Positions 1 through 9,608 of a stretch of 47,053 nt of DNA are shown here, one piece after another. Origin of the DNA: Bacilli bacterium. GTDB taxonomy: Bacteria > Bacillota_I > Bacilli_A > RF39 > UBA660. The stretch spans positions 1 to 47,053 of the forward strand of contig JAQXQC010000038.1 of the NCBI GenBank assembly GCA_029100965.1, written 5' to 3'. Every line of letters begins with the position of its first letter. Positions within the stretch are counted from its first letter, which is position 1. Made by a program: the position numbers and the translations under genes. The notes beneath the pieces were generated by a model. That model was not told where the DNA came from. It saw only the letters and a list, made by a program, of their open reading frames with translations, and did no database searches.

Positions 1-204
1 GATTTTGTAAATTGTACTTTATGGGGAGGTATTGCTGAAAATACAGCAAATTATTGTAAAAAAGGTGATGTTGTCGGTGTTAAGGGCAGAGTGCAAACTA
101 GGTTGGTTGAGAATGAAAATAAGTTAGAAATTGTTGCTGAAAAGCTTACTTTTTTAACTAAGGCAAAAGAAAAAGAAATGGAAAAAGATGAAGAAGAAAG
201 GTAG
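1..204 (+). CDS. ssb: Single-stranded DNA-binding protein, C-terminal fragment (5' end outside the window)
   Basis: Frame 1 reads DFVNCTLWGGIAENTANYCKKGDVVGVKGRVQTR..., an OB-fold SSB core, followed by an acidic tail EKDEEER and a stop at 202-204. Confidence 0.8.
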   Translation, partial: DFVNCTLWGGIAENTANYCKKGDVVGVKGRVQTRLVENENKLEIVAEKLTFLTKAKEKEMEKDEEER

Positions 205-213
205 TGGTATATT

Positions 214-555
214 ATGGGTTTTGTGAATAAAAGACCACCAGTTAGTTTGAAGTTACAGGTAAAAGAGTATAATTTGTTATTAACAATTCTAGAAAGAAAT
301 CAATTGTTGGATAATGAATTAATCGTTGAAGATGCAAAAAAGTTATATGGAAAATTGTTAAAGTATAGTATTCCAATGACAGATGATGATTCTAAAACAG
401 AATATGTTCATGTTGGATTTTATGCTGAGGAGGCTAAAAATATGGTAACACAGTTTTTAGTTTTTTATGATGATGAAGTAGTAGATAGAGACTATTATAC
501 TTTGCTTTTAGAAATTAGGCATAAGTATTTAGAAAGTAAAAATGCAAGTGTATAA
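214..555 (+). CDS. Hypothetical ICE protein (113 aa)
   Basis: Intact ORF starting right after ssb; no motif recognised. Confidence 0.5.
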   Translation: MGFVNKRPPVSLKLQVKEYNLLLTILERNQLLDNELIVEDAKKLYGKLLKYSIPMTDDDSKTEYVHVGFYAEEAKNMVTQFLVFYDDEVVDRDYYTLLLEIRHKYLESKNASV

Positions 556-620
556 ATTTATTTTTTATACATTTGTTTTCTATTTATGTTTTTATTATTA
601 TGATTGTGGGAGGAAAAAAC

Positions 621-851
621 ATGAGTAATAATATTTATCAATTAGTAAGAAATAATATAAAATTTTATCGTAAACAAAAGAATATGACTCAAAATGAATT
701 ATCAGAAATTACTGGTTTTAGTCATGAGTATATAAGAAAGTTAGAATCGTCCAAGTATTGTGGAGGTTTATCACTTGATAGTCTTTATGTTATTTCTAAA
801 GCATTAAAAGTACCTATTTCTAAATTTATGGAGAGTAATTATGAAGTATAA
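621..851 (+). CDS. XRE-family helix-turn-helix transcriptional regulator
   Basis: KFYRKQKNMTQNELSEITGFSHEYIRKLES is a typical HTH_3 motif. GGGAGG RBS at 607-612 favours the ATG at 621 over the ORF-track start at 573. Confidence 0.8.
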   Translation: MSNNIYQLVRNNIKFYRKQKNMTQNELSEITGFSHEYIRKLESSKYCGGLSLDSLYVISKALKVPISKFMESNYEV

Positions 852-1167
852 TAATGATGATTTGTTTTGTGATTTTGCTAAAGCAGAGTTCGATAATTAC
901 TTAGCAGGCTTTTTGTATTCCCTTCAATTTAGTGATGAAAAATATAAAAAGTTAAAAGAAGAACAAAAAGAAATTACCAATCATTATCCAGTAATCGCTA
1001 AAGTTTTATATGATAATGAGATTGAAATTTTGAATGAAGAGCAGATAAAAGCAATGATTAAGGTATTAGAAATAGAAGAAGAAATAAGAATGATAGAAGA
1101 AAAAGAATTATTTTATTGTGGAGGTAAAGAGTTCTATCATTATTTAAAAAAAATGAAAATTTTATGA
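841..1167 (+). CDS. Hypothetical acidic, helical protein, translationally coupled to the XRE gene
   Basis: Its start overlaps the XRE gene's stop region by 11 nt; no motif recognised. Confidence 0.5.
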   Translation: MKYNNDDLFCDFAKAEFDNYLAGFLYSLQFSDEKYKKLKEEQKEITNHYPVIAKVLYDNEIEILNEEQIKAMIKVLEIEEEIRMIEEKELFYCGGKEFYHYLKKMKIL

Positions 1168-1248
1168 TAGAGGCATACTTATTTTGATAGGTATGTTTTT
1201 TTATTTGATGATAATCTATGCTATAATATTTTTATAGGAGTGATTGTA

Positions 1249-1842
1249 ATGAAGACAATAAAATGTAAAGAATGTGGGAAAATATTATCAAAAAAAGCAA
1301 AAATTTGTCCTAATTGTGGATGTGGTATAAATTGGGGTAAGAAATTTCTTAAAATATTTTTAGTTATATTAATTATATTTGTTATAATTTTAGGGTTGTC
1401 ATTTGTTCCAAATTTAATAAAAGATTATAAGTTTCAAAAATTAAGTAAAAAATATTCTGGTACATGGGACTTAAAAACAGATAATGATCAGTATTATCAA
1501 AATGATGGTGAAAGATTGAAAATCCTTTTGGATAAAGAATTAATCTTTGGTACTGATGTTATATTATCGGCATCAGATAATGTTGGAGAAGTATCTATGT
1601 GTATACCAGAAGAATTTGATGAAAAATTTGTTAAGAGATGTCCTGAATCATTTGTGAGACTTTATTCATACATTGAAGTACCAGATATAGTATACATTAA
1701 TTTTATTGATGAAAATGGAAGTCTTATATTTATAAAATTTAAGTATAGTGATGAAACTTTAAAACAAACTAGTTGCCATAATGGAGAATTTTGGGGACAA
1801 TGTGTTGATGAAAAATTAAAAATAACTTATGAAAAAAAATAA
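1249..1842 (+). CDS. Zinc-ribbon membrane protein
   Basis: CKECG-x11-CPNCGC zinc ribbon, then one TM helix (FLKIFLVILIIFVIILGLSFV) and a Cys-containing extracytoplasmic domain. AGGAG RBS lies 8 nt before the ATG at 1249. Confidence 0.6.
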   Translation: MKTIKCKECGKILSKKAKICPNCGCGINWGKKFLKIFLVILIIFVIILGLSFVPNLIKDYKFQKLSKKYSGTWDLKTDNDQYYQNDGERLKILLDKELIFGTDVILSASDNVGEVSMCIPEEFDEKFVKRCPESFVRLYSYIEVPDIVYINFIDENGSLIFIKFKYSDETLKQTSCHNGEFWGQCVDEKLKITYEKK

Positions 1843-1939
1843 ATGCTTTTGTAAAATTATCATACTTGCTTTTGAGTGAGTATGTTTTTATTTGTAATTT
1901 TTTTATTAATATTAAAAAATAGAGAGAAAGGTGAAGTGA

Positions 1940-2365
1940 ATGGATAAAAGAATTGAAAAATTAATTGATACAATAAGAAAGGAAAGAATTAGACAGGGAT
2001 ATTCCTTACGACAGTTAGCAAAAGAATGTGATACAAGTCATTCATGTATCTTTGATTTAGAGCATAGTTATAATTCAAAAATTGATTTAATAAAATTATT
2101 AAAAGTTTGTGAAGTTTTAGAGATAGATTTTTATGATTTACTTGTGAAAAGTGGTTTAATTTTTAGTGATAAGGTATTCCATTGTTATGAGATTGATGTT
2201 TATTTAGATGATGAATTATTTTATAAATTTGATGTAAGTGAGACAACTGAAGATAGGGCAATTAAACTATTAAATGAATACTTAGAAATAAACAATTTAA
2301 TATATGAAGATTGTGAATTGGAATTTGAAATTAGAGAAAAAATACCAAGATCATTAAAAAAATAA
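1940..2365 (+). CDS. XRE-type HTH domain protein with an unknown C-terminal domain
   Basis: IRQGYSLRQLAKECDTSHSCIFDLEH HTH motif at the N-terminus; about 70 aa of extra C-terminal sequence. Confidence 0.7.
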   Translation: MDKRIEKLIDTIRKERIRQGYSLRQLAKECDTSHSCIFDLEHSYNSKIDLIKLLKVCEVLEIDFYDLLVKSGLIFSDKVFHCYEIDVYLDDELFYKFDVSETTEDRAIKLLNEYLEINNLIYEDCELEFEIREKIPRSLKK

Positions 2366-2414
2366 TTAAAAAATAGAATAATAGGGTATAATAACATCTG
2401 TGGTGAGATAGAGT

Positions 2415-2648
2415 ATGAATGAAGATAAATTAAAATTGTTTGTTAATGAATTAAATTATAAAAAACAAGTTAGTTTTTATTTGTTTAATGTTAAATATAT
2501 TATTACTTATGAGGAAAAAAGGTATAAGATAAAGCAAGAAAATTTATCAACGTATCATTCATATTCTAGTATTGTTGATTTATTTAATGAATATTACATC
2601 TATGGAAATGCACTAAAAGATTTATTTGAGGAAATTATAATAATTTAA
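2415..2648 (+). CDS. Hypothetical protein (77 aa)
   Basis: ORF only; followed by a terminator. Confidence 0.45.
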   Translation: MNEDKLKLFVNELNYKKQVSFYLFNVKYIITYEEKRYKIKQENLSTYHSYSSIVDLFNEYYIYGNALKDLFEEIIII

Positions 2649-2705
2649 AATAAAATACTTATAAATTAAGTTCATTTAGATAGTAAACTTTATTGTTATG
2701 AAAAG

Positions 2706-2735
2706 AAAAATCCAAGAAATTGGGTTTTTATTTAT
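2706..2735 (+). terminator. Rho-independent terminator
   Basis: AAAAATCCAA-GAAA-TTGGGTTTTT, a 10-bp stem (one G-U pair) with a GAAA loop and a T-rich tail. Confidence 0.6.
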
Positions 2736-2926
2736 GTTTAGCAAGCATTGAATTTTTACTCCCACAGAGAAAAATTCTATTTATGGGAATTTCCCATACC
2801 CTATTAAGCAATTGGTGAGAGAATGATAATATATTTTGGATTATTAGTAGTAATGCCAATTCTATTTTTTATTTATATTTGTTGTTTATTAAGTGGTTAT
2901 TGTTCTAGGCAAGAGGAATTAATGAG

Positions 2927-3238
2927 ATGCGTAAACGAAATAGAAAAAAACAATTTTGGTTATCATTCGAAGAAGAACGGCAATTAAGGCTAAATGCAAT
3001 TAAAGTTGGACTTTCAGAATCTGAATATGTTAGAAGTTTGATTATGGGATATCATCCAAAAGAGAAACCGTCTAAGGATTTTTTTGATTTAATGATGGAA
3101 TTAAGAAAGATTGGAATTAATATTAATCAAATTGCAAAAAAAGTGAATTCTACAGGAAAAATCGATATTGGTTATTTTCAATATGAAATGGATAAATTAA
3201 ATAGTATAGTTGATAGGATGAAGAATGAATATCTTTAG
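2927..3238 (+). CDS. mobC: MobC-family relaxosome accessory protein
   Basis: LSESEYVRSLIMG ... MELRKIGININQIAKKVN pattern typical of MobC; lies directly upstream of the relaxase. Confidence 0.8.
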   Translation: MRKRNRKKQFWLSFEEERQLRLNAIKVGLSESEYVRSLIMGYHPKEKPSKDFFDLMMELRKIGININQIAKKVNSTGKIDIGYFQYEMDKLNSIVDRMKNEYL

Positions 3239-3261
3239 TTTATTTTAATTTGGAGAATTTT

Positions 3262-4587
3262 ATGGCAGTAGTAAAAATATGGAAAGTTAAAAGCAATTTA
3301 AATAAAGTAATTGATTATGTAAGTGATGAAAATAAAACTTTAAAAGATGAAGATAGTAGTTTATTGAAAGAATTACATCAAGTAATTGAATATACAACAG
3401 ATAGTTTTAAGACAGAAGAAAAGTGTTATGTCACAGGAATAAATTGTATTCCTGCAACAGCCTATCAGGATATGATTGATACAAAGAAAAGGTTTCAAAA
3501 GACAGATGGTATATTAGCATATCATAGTTATCAATCTTTTAAAGAAGGAGAAGTTACACCAGAGATTGCTCATGAAATAGGAGTTAAGCTTGCTGATGAA
3601 ATGTGGGGAGATAGATTTGAGGTTGTAGTATCAACCCATTTAAATACAAATCACATTCATAATCATTTTGTATTAAATTCTGTTTCTTTTTTAGATGGGA
3701 AAAAATATTATGATAATCGAAGTAATTATGCAGAGATGAGAGCAATTTCTGATAGTTTATGTGAAGAATATCATTTATCAGTATTACCTGAAAAGAAGTG
3801 TAAAAGTGGTATTAATTATAGTTATTATTCTAAAAAAAATTTAGTAAATACTAACTATTATAAAATTGTTAAAAATGATTTAGATTTAGCTATTAAATTA
3901 GCATATACTTATGAAGATTTTGAAAGAATCATGAAATCATGGAATTATGAGTTATTTTATCGCTCTGGAAATTTGACTGTGAGAAAATATCCCTATCACA
4001 AAAACATTAGAGTATTTAGAAATTATGGAGAAGAGTATAGTATAAATCGAATTAAAGAAAGAATAAAAATAGAATTTTTTAAGATACCAAATAAGAAAAA
4101 GTTAAACTATAGTTCTCCTCCATATTTTAATTTAAAGCATAGTTATTTATATAAAAAGTATGTTCATTATTTGTATTTATTAAAGATATATCCTAAAAAA
4201 TATCCTAGAAGTTATGTATCTCCAGAAATTAGAGCAGAAGCTAGAAAGATGGATATGTTATCTGATGAAGTGAGATTGTTGGTTGCAAATGATATAAAAA
4301 ATCATGAGCAACTTTTTTTGTATCAAAATAAGGTGAATAATCAGTTAGATATTTTACTTCATCAAAAGAATATATTATGGAATCGTTACAAAAAAACTGA
4401 AGACATCATTGGAAGAGCAAAGATAAAAGTAGAAATAGATACATTATATCAAAAAATTAAAAAGGTAAGAAAGGAAGTGGTTTTATGTCGTGATATTGAA
4501 GAACGAACACCTAAGATAATTAATAATTTAGAACAACAAGAAAAAGAAATAAATCTGTTAAAAGAAAGGAAAGGGATGAAAAGATGA
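3262..4587 (+). CDS. Relaxase / mobilization nuclease domain protein
   Basis: Histidine-triad region STHLNTNHIHNHFVLNSV, N-terminal relaxase fold and a coiled-coil C-terminus. The ATG at 3262 follows a GGAG RBS; the ORF-track TTG at 3250 is an alternative start. Confidence 0.85.
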   Translation: MAVVKIWKVKSNLNKVIDYVSDENKTLKDEDSSLLKELHQVIEYTTDSFKTEEKCYVTGINCIPATAYQDMIDTKKRFQKTDGILAYHSYQSFKEGEVTPEIAHEIGVKLADEMWGDRFEVVVSTHLNTNHIHNHFVLNSVSFLDGKKYYDNRSNYAEMRAISDSLCEEYHLSVLPEKKCKSGINYSYYSKKNLVNTNYYKIVKNDLDLAIKLAYTYEDFERIMKSWNYELFYRSGNLTVRKYPYHKNIRVFRNYGEEYSINRIKERIKIEFFKIPNKKKLNYSSPPYFNLKHSYLYKKYVHYLYLLKIYPKKYPRSYVSPEIRAEARKMDMLSDEVRLLVANDIKNHEQLFLYQNKVNNQLDILLHQKNILWNRYKKTEDIIGRAKIKVEIDTLYQKIKKVRKEVVLCRDIEERTPKIINNLEQQEKEINLLKERKGMKR

Positions 4588-5354
4588 ATTCAAGTGAATC
4601 GGCTGAAGCAGTTGTGAAAATGGCGTTACAAGGTTCAGAGGTTGCATTAAAAATTAGTGGAGAAGGAACAAAAGAAATACTAATTATGCTTTATGCTATC
4701 TTAAATGGATCTCAAAAAATAAAAGGAAAGACAAAACTTACCAATATGTTGAAATCAGGTAAAGAGTTAAAAATATTTTCTCTTAAACAAGAAGATTTAA
4801 AAAAGTTTACTGAAGAAGCTAAGAGATATGGTATTTTGTTTTCTGTTTTAGTAGATAAGAAAAATATAAATCCAGATGGTTTGGTTGATATTATGGTTAA
4901 AACGGAAGATTCCTATAAAATTAATCATATTGTAGAAAGATTTGAATTAGCTTCTGTTGATAGGGTAAAATTGAAATCTGAAATAGAAAAAGAATTAGTA
5001 GATAAATTAGCAAATGATGTTAAAAATAAAGGAGAAAAAGTTCCTGTTTTAAATGATGAATTTATTGAAAAAATATCAAAAAATGTTCCTTCACAAAAAG
5101 AATTAAACGAAATGTTAAACCCCTCTACGGCGAAGATGGAAAAAAGCCCTCTGTCCGAGCCTTCATCCAAGAACAAAGAGAATTTAGAGGTTACTAAGAA
5201 ATCATCAGTTCGAGAAAAATTAGAGAATATAAAACGGGAGCAACAGGAAAAAGAAATTAGCAAGAATGAGGTTCAACATGAAAAGAGTAAGAGGACAAAG
5301 ACTACCATACATAAGAATCCAAAAGTTAAAGTATCAAAAGTTAAAAGTCGTTGA
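4584..5354 (+). CDS. PcfB-family (DUF3801) conjugation protein
   Basis: KLTNMLKSGKELKIFSLKQEDLKKFTEEAKRYGILFSVLVDKK...VDIMV matches the PcfB pattern as I recall it. The start overlaps the relaxase stop by 4 nt. Confidence 0.7.
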   Translation: MNSSESAEAVVKMALQGSEVALKISGEGTKEILIMLYAILNGSQKIKGKTKLTNMLKSGKELKIFSLKQEDLKKFTEEAKRYGILFSVLVDKKNINPDGLVDIMVKTEDSYKINHIVERFELASVDRVKLKSEIEKELVDKLANDVKNKGEKVPVLNDEFIEKISKNVPSQKELNEMLNPSTAKMEKSPLSEPSSKNKENLEVTKKSSVREKLENIKREQQEKEISKNEVQHEKSKRTKTTIHKNPKVKVSKVKSR

Positions 5355-5377
5355 TTTGAGGAAATGGAGGAATTTAT

Positions 5378-5575
5378 TTGAGAGAAGGGATAAAAGTTTT
5401 AAAACTAGATAAATATGAGATTAATACTATTCTTAATGCTTTAAAGTTTTATAAAGAACTAGCTGATGAAGCAGATAAGGATAGTATTTTAATTTGTAGA
5501 ACTATTTTGAAAATTATAGATACTCCAGAAAAAACTAATGTTTTTAGAAGAAATGATAGAGATGAAGTTAGATAA
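5378..5575 (+). CDS. Small hypothetical conjugation-module protein
   Basis: TTG start 7 nt after a GGAGG RBS; overlaps the T4CP start region. Confidence 0.45.
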   Translation: MREGIKVLKLDKYEINTILNALKFYKELADEADKDSILICRTILKIIDTPEKTNVFRRNDRDEVR

Positions 5576-7364
5576 AAGAAATTCTTTTTTTGTTTTATTC
5601 ATTTTTGGATTGGTTATTGTAGTATGGTTATCATTGTTAATTGCTCCTTATTGGAATAGCAGTTTTATTGACATGATAGAAGGTATTTCTAAAGCATTAA
5701 GTCATCCATTTGTTATTTATTATTGTGAAGATAGTTTTAAAGTTATATTTATCTTTTTGCTAATTTATCTAATAGGAATCTTATATTATTTATCTACTAG
5801 AAGAAACTACAGAAAAAGAGAAGAATATGGTTCTGCTAAATGGGGAAATGTAAAACAAGTTAATAAGAAATATATGCAATTACCTTTATCTCAAAATAAA
5901 ATTTTAACACAACATGTATATTTAGGGTTAGATGGTAAAGTTCATAGAAGAAATCTTAATGTTCTTTTATGTGGGGGAAGTGGAGCAGGAAAAACTTTAT
6001 TTTATTGTGAGCCTAATATTATTCAGGCAAATACTAGTTTTGTTGTTTTAGATCCTAAAGGAGAACTTGTTAGAGATACAGGAGCTTTGCTTGAGGAAAA
6101 AGGGTATGTAGTTAAAGTTTTAGATTTATTAAATATGGAAAAAAGTCATTGTTATAATCCATTTGTATATTTAGAATCGGATAATGACGTTCAAAGATTA
6201 GTAACTAATTTATTTAAAGCAACTACTCCAAAGGGAAGTCAATCAAGTGATCCATTTTGGGATACTTCTGCTAGTATGCTATTACTTGCTCTTATTTTTT
6301 ATTTAAAGTATGAAGCCCCAGAAGAAGAACAAAATTTTTCAATGGTAATGGAGATGTTACGAGCTGGAGATGTAAGGGAAGAGGAAGAAAATTATTCTAG
6401 TCCGTTAGATATTTTATTTAATCAATTGGAAATTAGAAATCCAGAGCATATTGCTATTAAATATTATAAAAGTTACAGAAGTGCAGCTGCTAAAACTTTA
6501 AAATCAATTCAAATAACACTAGCTGCTAGATTAGAAAAATTTAATCTTGAAAGTTTGGCTAAACTAACAATTACTGATGAGTTAGAGTTAAAAAAATTGG
6601 GTGAAAGAAAAACTGTTTTGTATGCATTAATACCAGATAATGATACATCATTTAATTTCCTTGTCAGTATTTTATATACTCAATTGTTTCAACAGTTATT
6701 TTCTATTGCTGATTATAAATATGGTGGAAGTTTGCCAGTTCCAGTTCATTTTGTAATGGATGAATTTAGTAATATTTCTTTGCCAGATGATTTTGCTAAG
6801 ATTTTAAGTGTGATGAGATCAAGACAAGTATCTGTTAGTATTATTCTTCAAAATTTGTCTCAATTAAAGTCACTATTTGAAAAAGATTGGGAAGGAATTA
6901 TTGGAAATTGTGATACTTTTTTGTATTTAGGAGGAAATGAGCAATCAACTCATAAATATGTTTCAGAATTAATTGGAAAAGCAACAATTGATACAAATAC
7001 TTATGGAAAATCTAATGGGAGAAGTGGTAGTTATTCTACTAATTTTCAAATGACTGGAAGAGAATTATTAACGCCAGATGAGGTTAGGATGTTAGATAAT
7101 CGGTATTGTATTTTACTGATAAGAGGCGAGAAACCTATAATAGATTTAAAATATGATACTTTTCATCATCCTAATATAAGTTATACGCCAAAGGGAGGAG
7201 CTATTCCTTATAATCACGGGAAGTTAAATAAGGCAATTGCTAGTATTACACTTGAGGAAAATACTGATGGATATACATTTAATGAAGTAAAAGATGTTGT
7301 TGATGATTATGTAATTATTTCTTCAAGTGAGTTAGAAAAATATTTTAATAAGAAGGAAGGGTGA
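5538..7364 (+). CDS. Type IV coupling protein (VirD4/TraG family)
   Basis: Two N-terminal TM helices, Walker A CGGSGAGKT, Walker B-like HFVMDEFSN. The start could instead be the ATG at 5562. Confidence 0.9.
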   Translation: MFLEEMIEMKLDKRNSFFVLFIFGLVIVVWLSLLIAPYWNSSFIDMIEGISKALSHPFVIYYCEDSFKVIFIFLLIYLIGILYYLSTRRNYRKREEYGSAKWGNVKQVNKKYMQLPLSQNKILTQHVYLGLDGKVHRRNLNVLLCGGSGAGKTLFYCEPNIIQANTSFVVLDPKGELVRDTGALLEEKGYVVKVLDLLNMEKSHCYNPFVYLESDNDVQRLVTNLFKATTPKGSQSSDPFWDTSASMLLLALIFYLKYEAPEEEQNFSMVMEMLRAGDVREEEENYSSPLDILFNQLEIRNPEHIAIKYYKSYRSAAAKTLKSIQITLAARLEKFNLESLAKLTITDELELKKLGERKTVLYALIPDNDTSFNFLVSILYTQLFQQLFSIADYKYGGSLPVPVHFVMDEFSNISLPDDFAKILSVMRSRQVSVSIILQNLSQLKSLFEKDWEGIIGNCDTFLYLGGNEQSTHKYVSELIGKATIDTNTYGKSNGRSGSYSTNFQMTGRELLTPDEVRMLDNRYCILLIRGEKPIIDLKYDTFHHPNISYTPKGGAIPYNHGKLNKAIASITLEENTDGYTFNEVKDVVDDYVIISSSELEKYFNKKEG

Positions 7365-7370
7365 TAGTTT

Positions 7371-7676
7371 ATGTTAAAACAAAAGAAAAAATTGAGAGGT
7401 AAGTTATTATTTCCAGCATTAATTGGAATTCAATATTTAAATATTCCTAATGTTTATGCTGCAGAGAAAGATCCATTACAAGTAATTAATAATTTGTCTA
7501 ATTTAATGGCTAGCATTATTACTACTTTTGGGGGAATTGTTTTAATGTTTGGAATAGTACAAATTGGTTTATCTTTTAATTCTCATGATCCAAGTCAGAG
7601 AGTAAGTGGAGTAATGACTTTTGTTGCAGGAGTTATTCTTACTTGTTCTAAAGCTATAGTAGATAGAATTACATAA
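7371..7676 (+). CDS. Maff2-family small membrane protein (VirB2-like position)
   Basis: Signal peptide ending VYA-AE plus two hydrophobic helices; sits between the T4CP and the VirB6-like gene. Confidence 0.6.
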   Translation: MLKQKKKLRGKLLFPALIGIQYLNIPNVYAAEKDPLQVINNLSNLMASIITTFGGIVLMFGIVQIGLSFNSHDPSQRVSGVMTFVAGVILTCSKAIVDRIT

Positions 7677-7695
7677 TTGATGGAGGTGTTATATT

Positions 7696-8541
7696 TTGTT
7701 ATTTTTAAGTGAAAGTTGGGTAGTAGATAATATTAATAATGCCTTAAATACTTGGAATAGTAAGCTAACTGAAATATTTCAGTTAATAACGGAATCTCCA
7801 GAGACTTTTAGAAATGGAGCTATATGGAAAGTTATTTTAAATATTAATGGTGCTTTGCAGGCTATTGGTTTATCATTGTTAGTTTTGTTTTTTTTAGTTG
7901 GAGTTATTAAAACATGTGGTTCATTTGATGAGATAAAGAGACCAGAGCAGGCAGTAAAATTATTTATTCGATTTGCTTTAGCAAAAACTTTAGTGACTTA
8001 TGGCCTAAATATTATGTTATCAATATTTGAAATTGTTCAAGGAATTGTATCCAAAATGATAACAACGGCAGGCTTAACTAATTCAATGAAAGCCGTTTTA
8101 CCAAGTGCAATTGAAACAGCAATTAATAATACAAGTTTTTTAAAAAGTGTTCCTTTATGGGCTGTAACATTAATTGGGGTATTAGTAATTACAGTATTAT
8201 CCTTTGTAATGGTTTTAACTGTTTATGGTAGATTTTTTCGATTGTATTTATATACAGCAATAGCACCTATCCCTTTATCAACTTTTGCAGGTGAACCTAC
8301 ACAAAATATTGGGAGAAGTTTTTTAAAATCTTATTCAGCAGTTTGTTTGGAAGGAGTAATTATTGTTCTTTCTTGTATTATTTTTTCTCTTTTTGCTTCT
8401 TCACCTCCAACAATTGATGGTAATGTTTCAGCAGTTACACAAGTATGGAAATATTTAGGGGAAGTTATTTTTAATATGTTAATTTTAGTAGGAGCAATTA
8501 AAACTTCTGATAGAGTGGTTCGAGAAATGATGGGATTATAA
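7696..8541 (+). CDS. VirB6/TrbL-like polytopic T4SS membrane protein
   Basis: At least five predicted TM helices; TTG start 7 nt after a GGAGGTG RBS; position conserved in Firmicutes ICEs. Confidence 0.7.
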   Translation: MLFLSESWVVDNINNALNTWNSKLTEIFQLITESPETFRNGAIWKVILNINGALQAIGLSLLVLFFLVGVIKTCGSFDEIKRPEQAVKLFIRFALAKTLVTYGLNIMLSIFEIVQGIVSKMITTAGLTNSMKAVLPSAIETAINNTSFLKSVPLWAVTLIGVLVITVLSFVMVLTVYGRFFRLYLYTAIAPIPLSTFAGEPTQNIGRSFLKSYSAVCLEGVIIVLSCIIFSLFASSPPTIDGNVSAVTQVWKYLGEVIFNMLILVGAIKTSDRVVREMMGL

Positions 8542-8645
8542 AGCTTATTATTTTACTATTGTTTACAAATTATTAGTTGATTTGATGTAATAATTTAAAA
8601 AAGTATGATTCTGATAAGAATTTTATATAGAAAGAAGGTTAAATA

Positions 8646-9050
8646 TTGAAAAATAAAATAAAATGTTTATTGGTAAATCCTTACCAATTACCAAAAGAAA
8701 TTGAAATAAATAATGATTTAGAAACTTTGCAACAGTATGTAGGTGGATATATAGAAACTATTCAATACAATGATGTAATTATTATTTGTAATGATGAAGG
8801 AAAATTGAATTATATGCAACCTAATCGAGCAATTGGATCAGATATTATATTTGGTCCTTTTTTGGTTGTTGGTGATGATTTTGAAAATGCCGATTTTAAA
8901 TCATTAACAGAAAGACAAATATTAGAAAATAAAATTCGTTTTGATAAATATAGCATTAGAAAAACAAATGATAAAATTAATCAGATTCTTGGTAAAACTG
9001 TTAATGATATTATTCAAATAAAAAAAGATGAATATAATTGTGAAAGATAA
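8646..9050 (+). CDS. DUF3846-like protein
   Basis: LQQYVGGYIE ... ICNDEGKL ... GPFLVVG pattern recalled for DUF3846. Confidence 0.55.
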   Translation: MKNKIKCLLVNPYQLPKEIEINNDLETLQQYVGGYIETIQYNDVIIICNDEGKLNYMQPNRAIGSDIIFGPFLVVGDDFENADFKSLTERQILENKIRFDKYSIRKTNDKINQILGKTVNDIIQIKKDEYNCER

Positions 9051-9065
9051 TTTGGAGGTGAAAAG

Positions 9066-9605
9066 ATGCGAAGACAATATGATGATTTTACTCAGTTGAA
9101 AATAAAAGATATGAGTAAAGTAATAAGTGATATGACTTATAAGTATATAAATGAAGAAAGTAATTCTCCAACAGTAGTTCCCTCATCACATTATGAAAAA
9201 ATTCTTAGTCAAGTACAAGAAAATTATTTAGGAGAAATTACGAGTAGACAATTTTTAGTGATTATGTATAATCAATTGAATGCATTAAAAAAAGAAGATG
9301 AAAAATATTTTTATCAAGCATTATTATGTTTAGACATGGGATTAAATCCTAAAGATTTAAGATTAGATGAACAAATAGCTATTTCTTATACTTATGATTA
9401 CTTATCTAGTATGCAAAAAGTTGAGAAAAAGGATTTTCGGTTTTTAAATGAAAATATTACTGATGCTTATCATCACTATAAAGAAGATCCAGAGATTCAA
9501 AGACAAGCAATAGAGGCAAGTAATACTATAGAGAAAAAGGAGAATCCATCTTTGGTAGATGATAGTAAGAAAAATTATAATAGAAATGATATTTTTGAAA
9601 GATAA
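9066..9605 (+). CDS. Hypothetical ICE protein (179 aa)
   Basis: ORF preceded by a GGAGGTG RBS; no motif recognised. Confidence 0.5.
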   Translation: MRRQYDDFTQLKIKDMSKVISDMTYKYINEESNSPTVVPSSHYEKILSQVQENYLGEITSRQFLVIMYNQLNALKKEDEKYFYQALLCLDMGLNPKDLRLDEQIAISYTYDYLSSMQKVEKKDFRFLNENITDAYHHYKEDPEIQRQAIEASNTIEKKENPSLVDDSKKNYNRNDIFER

Positions 9606-9608
9606 TTA

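Noticed and set aside
4925-5263. Minus-strand 112-aa ORF inside the PcfB gene. Similar antisense or off-frame ORFs occur at 12656-13063, 13115-13333, 18139-18369, 18366-18722, 24204-24419, 28637-28852, 32354-32635, 32494-32748, 35681-35887, 40223-40642, 41549-41764 and 45712-45897.
   Set aside because: All lie within or opposite well-supported genes, have low-complexity or hydrophobic junk translations and no RBS. They are typical AT-rich or repeat-codon shadow ORFs.
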